IMG/VR virus record: IMGVR_UViG_3300037755_000739
Location: 1-29,420 of that record
DNA: 29,420 nucleotides
Strand: one strand, 5' to 3'
Origin: a virus
Lineage: Duplodnaviria; Caudoviricetes
Position numbers and translations under genes: made by a program. The notes under the pieces are model-generated. The model searched no databases and was not told the origin of the DNA. It was given only the letters and a program-made list of their open reading frames with translations. Every line of letters starts with the position of its first letter. The first letter of the stretch is position 1. Positions 23,178 to 29,420 of the stretch are shown here, piece after piece.

Positions 23178-24269
23178 TCAGGCGGCGGCGATCCGGCGCT
23201 CGGCGAACTCGGTGAGTGATTCACCTGGTCGCAGGGTGTCGGTCTCGGCGCCGTGTCCGGCGTCGCGGGCAGAGCTGGCGCGCGCGCCCCTGCGGGCGGC
23301 ATCGAGGGCGGTCTTGGCCCCATTGCGTTGGGCTGTGGGGTAATTCAGCGCCTGCCCTGCCAGAACCAGCGCTGATTTGAGTCCCTGCGGCCCGGATTTC
23401 GGATCCCACAGCCGGTCGGCCATCTTGTGCCACTGCATGTATTTGGCGCGGTCCTTGGCCAGTTCCGGAAAGTGCAGATCGATCTCGGCGTGGATCGCGG
23501 AGATGTGGGAGTTAAAGGCCTCCAGCTCCTGGCGATCCGCAAAGCGCGTCACTTCGTCGTGGCCGGCGCGTAGCTCGTTCAGTTGCTCGGCGATCGCCTG
23601 ATTCTGCTGGGCCAGATTCAGGGCGAAGTCGCGCAGCGATTTTTCGGTCGGCGTCTCGAACTCCTCATCCTTCATGCCCGCCAGCTTGGCGACCAGGTCA
23701 TCGCCTCCCGCAGCCGGCCTCCTGCCGTTAGTCGGCGTCGCCCCTGCGGCGGACAGCTGCTCAGCGCGGACATGCTCCAGGGCGGCAATAAATGCCGGGT
23801 TCTGGGCAATGGCTGCCATCCGCTGGCGCTCACCGCTGATGTGCTCGACCCACTGGTTGAACTGGGCGAAGGCCTGCCGGCCCTGGTCACCAGCCGACTC
23901 GAGGATCGTCTGGATGGTCGTGTAGGGGTCGGCGCCGGAGGTCGGCGCCGGATCCTGCGGCGCGGTCTGCGCCGCAGGATCAGCCGGCGCACCAGCGGGC
24001 ACGGTTCCTGTGGGTGTCCTGGCCGGGTCTGCGGCGCCGGTGATCTGCTTGGCCAGATCACGGGCCGCGTCGTGCATCGAATAATCGGGCCTGGGCTCGC
24101 CGGCAGGTGGCGTGCCGCTGTCTTCGCGCGGCGGCGCCTGGCCATCCGATGACGCGTGCTGATTGTCAGGCGGATCCTGCGTCCCGCCGGCGGTCTGGCC
24201 GCTATCGCCCGTCGGCGACGGCGATCCGAACGTGTTGCCCTCTTTAATGATGCTGTCAACTTCAGCCAT
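23178..24269 (-). CDS. Capsid scaffolding protein
   Basis: Disordered P/A/D/T-rich N-terminus, coiled-coil middle, short C-terminal helix (SLTEFAERRIAAA); directly upstream of the capsid gene. Confidence 0.75.
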   Translation of the reverse strand: MAEVDSIIKEGNTFGSPSPTGDSGQTAGGTQDPPDNQHASSDGQAPPREDSGTPPAGEPRPDYSMHDAARDLAKQITGAADPARTPTGTVPAGAPADPAAQTAPQDPAPTSGADPYTTIQTILESAGDQGRQAFAQFNQWVEHISGERQRMAAIAQNPAFIAALEHVRAEQLSAAGATPTNGRRPAAGGDDLVAKLAGMKDEEFETPTEKSLRDFALNLAQQNQAIAEQLNELRAGHDEVTRFADRQELEAFNSHISAIHAEIDLHFPELAKDRAKYMQWHKMADRLWDPKSGPQGLKSALVLAGQALNYPTAQRNGAKTALDAARRGARASSARDAGHGAETDTLRPGESLTEFAERRIAAA

Positions 24270-24316
24270 CACCAAGCCCCCCAAGGCCGATGATTATCGG
24301 ATGATCACGGCGTGGA

Positions 24317-24670
24317 TTATGCCCCCGCCGCGGCCTCTTGTCCACGTTTCGAGCGGCGCCGCGTCGCCGCCTCGGACTGCTGGGCATAGCGCTCCGCCAC
24401 CTGGCCGCGGGTCTCGTTCAGCAGGACCGCCTCCCCGCCCATCAAAGCGAAGACGGCCAGGCAGTCCTGCCGGTAACACTCGAAAAGCGGCATCCCGGAT
24501 ACTTTCTCCTCGTGTAGCCGCACGCCGCCATTGCACGCCGGGCATCGCGGCAACGGGAATTCATTCTTGATGTGCCGGGCCGCCGCCGGTGTGACGATGG
24601 TTCGGACCGCCTGGGCCATGTGTTTCGGGTCTGTGACGTGGTCGTATCTGCCCATTATTTTCTCCAGCAC
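24317..24670 (-). CDS. Zn-ribbon protein
   Basis: CPAC...CYRQDC; start is GTG 24670 or ATG 24655. Confidence 0.7.
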   Translation of the reverse strand: MLEKIMGRYDHVTDPKHMAQAVRTIVTPAAARHIKNEFPLPRCPACNGGVRLHEEKVSGMPLFECYRQDCLAVFALMGGEAVLLNETRGQVAERYAQQSEAATRRRSKRGQEAAAGA

Positions 24671-24678
24671 GCGTCCAG

Positions 24679-25068
24679 TTATGCCACGACCTTGCGCTTG
24701 CGGCGTTGACCCACTCCCTTGAAATCCCTCCGGTCAATCAACCCAAGCTCTTTCATCATCTGCGATCGATGCTGCGGGCTCTTAACGATCAGGGCGTTGT
24801 CTCGCGTGTAGTCCTGACCTGCAATCCGCTCGCTGTCGTGCAGGACCCCCATGGATTCGCTGGCAAACGGATAACATCGCCGCTCGCTGATGCCCGACCT
24901 TCGGCGATGCGTCCTGACGAAGTCGGCCCGCTCGGCTTCGGCGTCGATCACGGTCTTCCTGCCGCCGCATTTCGGGCAGGGCGCCGCGTCGGGCTCGCGC
25001 CCCGAGGCGAACAGGTCATCCCAACGATGACCGCAGGCGCACACCATGTTGTGATGCCGTATTGCCAT
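24679..25068 (-). CDS. FmdB-like Zn-ribbon protein
   Basis: CACGHRWDDL...CPKCGG; GGGGGG RBS; directly downstream of the portal. Confidence 0.75.
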   Translation of the reverse strand: MAIRHHNMVCACGHRWDDLFASGREPDAAPCPKCGGRKTVIDAEAERADFVRTHRRRSGISERRCYPFASESMGVLHDSERIAGQDYTRDNALIVKSPQHRSQMMKELGLIDRRDFKGVGQRRKRKVVA

Positions 25069-25102
25069 GCGCCGCCCCCCAGGAAAACGCGGCGCTGAAA
25101 TA

Positions 25103-27124
25103 TTATCTGCCTGGCCATCCCGCGGTCAAGCGACCGGCTTCGCGGCGCAGCTGGCCGACCTCTTGCCGCGGCGTCTGGGCGGCGCCGCCGCCCTGATTCG
25201 GCGCGGGCATGGGCGGGCCGCCTGGCGGCGCCGCGGCTGGGCCCTGCTGGGGCAACCCGCCCGGCTGGACGGCGGCGGCGAGGTACTGATGGTGCTCCAT
25301 GACGTGCATGGCGATCACCTCGCTGCCGGTCTGCTGGGCGGTCATCTCGTGGAATTGCAGGTGCGTCTGGTGATCGTCGGCCGGATCGACCGGCAGCGGC
25401 TCGCCGCCGCGGAGCATTTCGGCATCCTCCTGCTGGGCCTTGGCCGCGGCCTCGGGATCTTCGCCACCGCCGGCGGCGAGCTGGATGTCAACCAAGTACT
25501 TCTCGGGATTGAGCTCCCCGATTTCGCGCAGGTGCCGCTCCAGCAACGGTTTGAGCTTGAACTGCGAATTCTCGGCCTGCAGCTTCATGGCGATGTTGGG
25601 GTTGGTCGAAATCTGGATCAGATCCTGCGTCCGCTTCTGCTTGATCGCCGGGTCCACGCGCTCGACGCTGGAGGGCACGATCGAAAACAGAAAATCCGCG
25701 ACCTCGCCGACGGTACCCGGCCCCAGGGCGATCAGTCGCGTCTCCAGCGGGAGTTGCATGCCCTCGAACGCCCCGCTGTGCGCGAGATACAGGCCGGCGA
25801 ACTTGGAAATCGCGTCCTGGGCGAAGTCCAGCACACAGCCACGCATGTCGTCTAACTGCACGCCGCTCATGTTGTAGGAGGCCTGGATTTCGGTGGCCGT
25901 TGTGCTGCCCGACCCCGGCACCCCGCGATGAAACTCGGCGACGCCGGCCATTTCGTCGGTCAGGGCCTTCATGGCCTCCGCGCCCTTCAGCATGTCTGGG
26001 TGCATCCCGCCGAAGCGGGCCTGCTCGACGCCCTTCTTGAGGCCGGGAATCCCGATGACGTCCTGATCCTCTGCCTCCGCGAGTTTCTTGATCTGGTCGG
26101 CCTTGATCTCGTCACTGTCGTATAGCACCACGTTCTTCGCGCTCTTCGCCGCCTTGATCGCCGCCTCCATCAGCACGTCGACGCTGACCCGGCCGTCGAA
26201 CTGGGGCGACAGCGGTGGATTCGGCCAGAAGTACTCCTGCACCTCCTCGAAGACCAGCATCGAGAACGGAAACCCCTCAACCCCGTCCGGCCAGGGCAAT
26301 GTCGCCAGCACGACGTCGACCTTTCCCGTGGGATCGATGCAGTAGACCGCGCGGCAGTCGCGGTCATAGGCCTCGTGGTAACAGAACAACTCCAGTTTCG
26401 GATCGCCCTGGTGATCGCCCTCCCCCAGGCCCCCGCCCTCGCGTAGCGGTCGCTTGATGGTCCGAGCGTTGGGCTCCAGCAGGTGGGCGACCTCCCTGAA
26501 GCGCGGGTCGGCCTTCATCACCTCGATCGGCCGGTAGATTTCATGGCTGACCCAGCGGGCCTCTTGTAGATTGGTCGCCCACGGGTCGTTGTAGAATCGG
26601 CACGGATGCACCTGGCAGCTCCACGGGAGATCGGGATCGAGGTATTCCTTGTGGCCCGCCAGCTCGAGGTCGACGTCGTACATCGCGGTCTGACTCGGGT
26701 CTTTGTGGGAAGGGGTCTCGATGACGGCCCCCGTCCGAAAGTTCAGCCCGTGCTTGAGAATCCCGCACGAAGAAAGCCCCACCCGCGTCGCCCGCCGCAA
26801 CTCGTCCTGCCACCGCACCTGCGGCAGAATGGCGTTGATCTGGTCGCCGAGCTGCTCGGCCGCCATTTCGAATTCCGCGCCGTCGCGCTTGGCGCTGACC
26901 TCGATCTTCAGGTCCCGCCCGCGGGGCACCAGGTGCGGCATGAGGACGCGGATGTAGTTGTTGTGCAGGTTGGCCGGCTGGCCGTGTTCGTCGGCGAGGA
27001 ATTTGTCCGCGAAGTTGCGGCCGGCGATCTCGCGCCACAGTTTGCGCCAGATGATCTCGTGTGGGCGGCGCTCGTCCTTGGCAATCTGAATCCGGTCGCG
27101 CCAGGCCTTGACGTCGTTCTGCAT
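25103..27124 (-). CDS. Portal protein (P22-like long type, 673 aa)
   Basis: Start MQNDVKAWRDRI with GGGG RBS just after the TerL stop; GILKHG, VHPCRFYNDP.A, AGVAEFHRG..STTATEIQ motifs. Confidence 0.88.
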   Translation of the reverse strand: MQNDVKAWRDRIQIAKDERRPHEIIWRKLWREIAGRNFADKFLADEHGQPANLHNNYIRVLMPHLVPRGRDLKIEVSAKRDGAEFEMAAEQLGDQINAILPQVRWQDELRRATRVGLSSCGILKHGLNFRTGAVIETPSHKDPSQTAMYDVDLELAGHKEYLDPDLPWSCQVHPCRFYNDPWATNLQEARWVSHEIYRPIEVMKADPRFREVAHLLEPNARTIKRPLREGGGLGEGDHQGDPKLELFCYHEAYDRDCRAVYCIDPTGKVDVVLATLPWPDGVEGFPFSMLVFEEVQEYFWPNPPLSPQFDGRVSVDVLMEAAIKAAKSAKNVVLYDSDEIKADQIKKLAEAEDQDVIGIPGLKKGVEQARFGGMHPDMLKGAEAMKALTDEMAGVAEFHRGVPGSGSTTATEIQASYNMSGVQLDDMRGCVLDFAQDAISKFAGLYLAHSGAFEGMQLPLETRLIALGPGTVGEVADFLFSIVPSSVERVDPAIKQKRTQDLIQISTNPNIAMKLQAENSQFKLKPLLERHLREIGELNPEKYLVDIQLAAGGGEDPEAAAKAQQEDAEMLRGGEPLPVDPADDHQTHLQFHEMTAQQTGSEVIAMHVMEHHQYLAAAVQPGGLPQQGPAAAPPGGPPMPAPNQGGGAAQTPRQEVGQLRREAGRLTAGWPGR

Positions 27125-27147
27125 TTGACGACCCCCAGGGCCATGCG

Positions 27148-28707
27148 TTAGCGCCAGACGATCTTCTCGCGGCGCTTTTCCGACCGCGCCAGATCGGCCA
27201 GGTCCGCCGCCGCCGAGCCGCGCGGCGCCGACGCCTGCGCCAATGGTACATGAATCGGACGCCGGCTCAACAGGTAACGGAGGCCGCTGATCAGGTGATT
27301 GTGGGCGTCGCGTCGTTTTTCGCGATCGCCCAGGTACTCCCCGGTCTTGGGGTCGGCGTCCTGGCGCCGATAATTCTGGCACTCGAAAATGCCCCACTGG
27401 CAGCGCTCCGCCAGCAGAAGCAGCCCCTCGTTCAGCAGGGCGTTGATCCGCGAGTCGCCGCTTTCCACGCTGCCCTTGCTGGCGTCGCCGGCGATGGTGC
27501 GGATCCCGGCCTGCATCAATTCGTCGCGGCAGGCCAGCCGCGGCCGGCCCCACATCCGCGCCTGGTCGGCCGCCGGGTCGATGACCGCCGCGATGCACGG
27601 CTCGTGGTAGCGGTAACGCGCCCGCTTGGCCTTGACCAGATCGGCGATCTCGCCCGGCAATTTGCCGCGCAGATAGATCTCGTCGTACCAGTGCAGCTTG
27701 CGCGGCGGCTCGACTGCGATGAAGCCCCAGGCGAAGGGGTTGGCGTAGCCCGGATCGGCGAACTCGTACCTGGTCCATTCGTCGGGCGGATCGAAGTCCG
27801 CCTCGATGTTGAATCGCGAATCGAAGCGGTCCAGAATCAGCCCCTCGGCCAGCACGTCCTCCCCCAGCACCCGCATCCGGGCCTCGCGGGTCTGGATGCC
27901 GCCGTACATGGTGATCGCCCTGGCCAACTCATCCTCGGTCAGCAGCTCGTTGTCGGCCATGGTGGTGTCGGCGACGCTGATGATGAATCCCGGCGGGGCG
28001 GGCTCGATGCTGTTGGGATTCAGCAGGTGCTGCCGGGCGATCCTATTGAGCCAGGCCAGCTCACCCACCGCGGTGACCAGCAGCTTGCCGCCGGCATCGA
28101 CCAGGCGGGCAACGATGCGATCCTTGACCCACTCCTCGACCGCCTCGTCGATCCAGCACTTGTGCCAGGCGAAGGCCTCAAACGCCTGGCCGCGCTGCAG
28201 GTCCGACAGGAAGTCCACCGTCGAGCCGTTCTTGAGGATCAACTTGGCGTTGTCGGAGCCGAATCCCGTCTTCGGGTTCCACGGCTGACAGGCCAGCATG
28301 TGCCGCGGGATGAACTCCGAGAGGATCCGCTGCTGCACGTCGCGCGATTTGTCCTTGCTGACCGTCACACAGCCGATCGCCGCCGGAGCCCCCAGCTGCA
28401 CCGTCCGCAGATCCCAGGGAAGATCCGTCCAGGTCTCGATCGGCCAGCCCAGCAGGTCGGCGGCGCAGGCGGCCCCGGCGGCGACGGTCTTGCCGGCACG
28501 GTTCGGACCGACCCAGGTTGCGACCTTCATGCATTCGCGAACCGCGGTGATGAACTCGCGCTGCCTGGTCCACAATGCGAAGGGGATCACGCCGCGGCGC
28601 GGATGGCGAATCAGCCGCAATGGATTGGCGCGCCGCTGCCGCTCGAGAAGCGCGTCAAGGCTGCGAAGCGTCTCGTCGAGTTCTTGCAGCGTCAAGTCGG
28701 GCGGCAA
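27148..28707 (-). CDS. terL: Terminase large subunit
   Basis: Q motif (WTRQREF), Walker A GPNRAGKT, Walker B CWIDE, nuclease FADPG..IDPA..NHLISGLRY; start uncertain (TTG 28707 chosen; track gives 28773). Confidence 0.92.
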   Translation of the reverse strand: MPPDLTLQELDETLRSLDALLERQRRANPLRLIRHPRRGVIPFALWTRQREFITAVRECMKVATWVGPNRAGKTVAAGAACAADLLGWPIETWTDLPWDLRTVQLGAPAAIGCVTVSKDKSRDVQQRILSEFIPRHMLACQPWNPKTGFGSDNAKLILKNGSTVDFLSDLQRGQAFEAFAWHKCWIDEAVEEWVKDRIVARLVDAGGKLLVTAVGELAWLNRIARQHLLNPNSIEPAPPGFIISVADTTMADNELLTEDELARAITMYGGIQTREARMRVLGEDVLAEGLILDRFDSRFNIEADFDPPDEWTRYEFADPGYANPFAWGFIAVEPPRKLHWYDEIYLRGKLPGEIADLVKAKRARYRYHEPCIAAVIDPAADQARMWGRPRLACRDELMQAGIRTIAGDASKGSVESGDSRINALLNEGLLLLAERCQWGIFECQNYRRQDADPKTGEYLGDREKRRDAHNHLISGLRYLLSRRPIHVPLAQASAPRGSAAADLADLARSEKRREKIVWR

Positions 28708-29116
28708 TATGGTCCCGGACCGCGAGGATGGTGTCGATCGGCAGCGGGGGCGTGCGGTCTTCCTCTTTTTCACGCGGCGGCCTCCCCCAGCCCATCCATT
28801 GACCGAGCAGCGCCAGCGTGTTTCCCGAAATGCGCACGTCCTTGCTGGTCAGGCCGGCCTTGATTCTCCGAGCCACCATCGCGAAGTCAATTTTCGCGGC
28901 GCCCAGGGCCTCGACGAGGCCGTCGTGATCGTCGAGCTTACGCACGATCCGCCCCGCCATGGCCGTGGCGCTGCGGGTGCTGGTGGGGTGATAGCCGGCG
29001 CGGCGCAGCGCGTTGCGCTGCGTCATGCCCTTGGACCGGTTGCTGGCGTATTTGAGTCGCTTGGCCGCGGCGGCCGCGGAGCGTGTGGCCACCTTCTTAT
29101 TTGTCTTGCGAGCCAT
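28655..29116 (-). CDS. terS: Terminase small subunit (putative)
   Basis: TQRNALRRAGYH..A HTH-like motif; basic N-terminus; overlaps the TerL start. Confidence 0.7.
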   Translation of the reverse strand: MARKTNKKVATRSAAAAAKRLKYASNRSKGMTQRNALRRAGYHPTSTRSATAMAGRIVRKLDDHDGLVEALGAAKIDFAMVARRIKAGLTSKDVRISGNTLALLGQWMGWGRPPREKEEDRTPPLPIDTILAVRDHIAARLDAARTRRDASQP

Positions 29117-29419
29117 CTAGGTCACCACCATGGCCAGGCCGCACACGCTCAGCAGCAGTCGGCGGAACGGGCGGCGATGGGCCAGGCCGCCGGTATAGGT
29201 CACCCGCAGCTTCGGCGTGTGGGCCATCGTGAATCTCGCGTTGTCGGTGACTTCGTAGTCCATGCCCAGCCCGAATTCCGTCAGCTCCAGGTCGTAGGCC
29301 TCCATCAGCCCGGCGGCGGCGTCGGGGCCCAGATCATCGACGTGGGCCTCGTCGTCGGCGGTGGGAAAATCGAACGTCGCGAACTGCAGCCCCGGCTGGT
29401 TGCAGTTGTCCCACTGTAC
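29117..29419 (-). CDS. Hypothetical protein, C-terminal part only (enters from right edge)
   Basis: Frame open from the edge (VQWDNCNQPGLQFATFDFP...PKLRVTYTGG...); TAG abuts the TerS ATG. Confidence 0.7.
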   Translation of the reverse strand, partial: VQWDNCNQPGLQFATFDFPTADDEAHVDDLGPDAAAGLMEAYDLELTEFGLGMDYEVTDNARFTMAHTPKLRVTYTGGLAHRRPFRRLLLSVCGLAMVVT

Positions 29420-29420
29420 G

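Larger units (their letters stand above)
1..29420 (-). mobile_element. Phage/prophage virion morphogenesis and lysis region (podovirus-like); extends beyond both window edges
   Basis: Co-oriented TerS-TerL-portal-scaffold-capsid-adaptor-nozzle-ejection gene order with overlapping stop/start junctions; no tape measure, tube or sheath; no host genes or att site seen. Confidence 0.93.

Noticed and set aside
27125-27778. N-terminal extension of the portal ORF in the track (891 aa)
   Set aside because: Overlaps terL out of frame with R/G/P-rich nonsense; ATG 27124 has an RBS and follows the terL stop
27250-28863. 537-aa plus-strand ORF
   Set aside because: Antisense shadow of terL
1-29420. tRNA/rRNA genes, integrase, att sites and host taxonomy
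   Set aside because: None recognisable; host cannot be assigned beyond a probable high-GC diderm bacterium without searches

Overview
Morphogenesis region of a high-GC, short-tailed (podovirus-like) dsDNA phage or prophage. Almost all genes are on the minus strand and tightly coupled. Reading right to left: partial ORF, TerS, TerL, portal, two Zn-ribbon proteins, scaffold, major capsid protein, two cement/decoration-like proteins, head-tail adaptor, nozzle, small tail protein and four ejection-type proteins. These are followed by a small moron island, a 2866-aa polyvalent ejection protein and a cluster of small lysis-like genes. Highlights: (1) a RebB (R-body)-like gene is translationally coupled to a u-spanin-topology lipoprotein and sits next to a holin-like gene, with no recognisable endolysin in the window; (2) the giant protein carries ADP-ribosyltransferase-like, type I R-M HsdS-like, HExxH peptidase and PRTase domains; (3) a fully delimited IS1595-family element (25-bp TIRs, 8-bp TSD, internally deleted transposase, passenger genes) interrupts a small Zn-finger gene. 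All family calls come from motifs recognised by eye; no searches were run.
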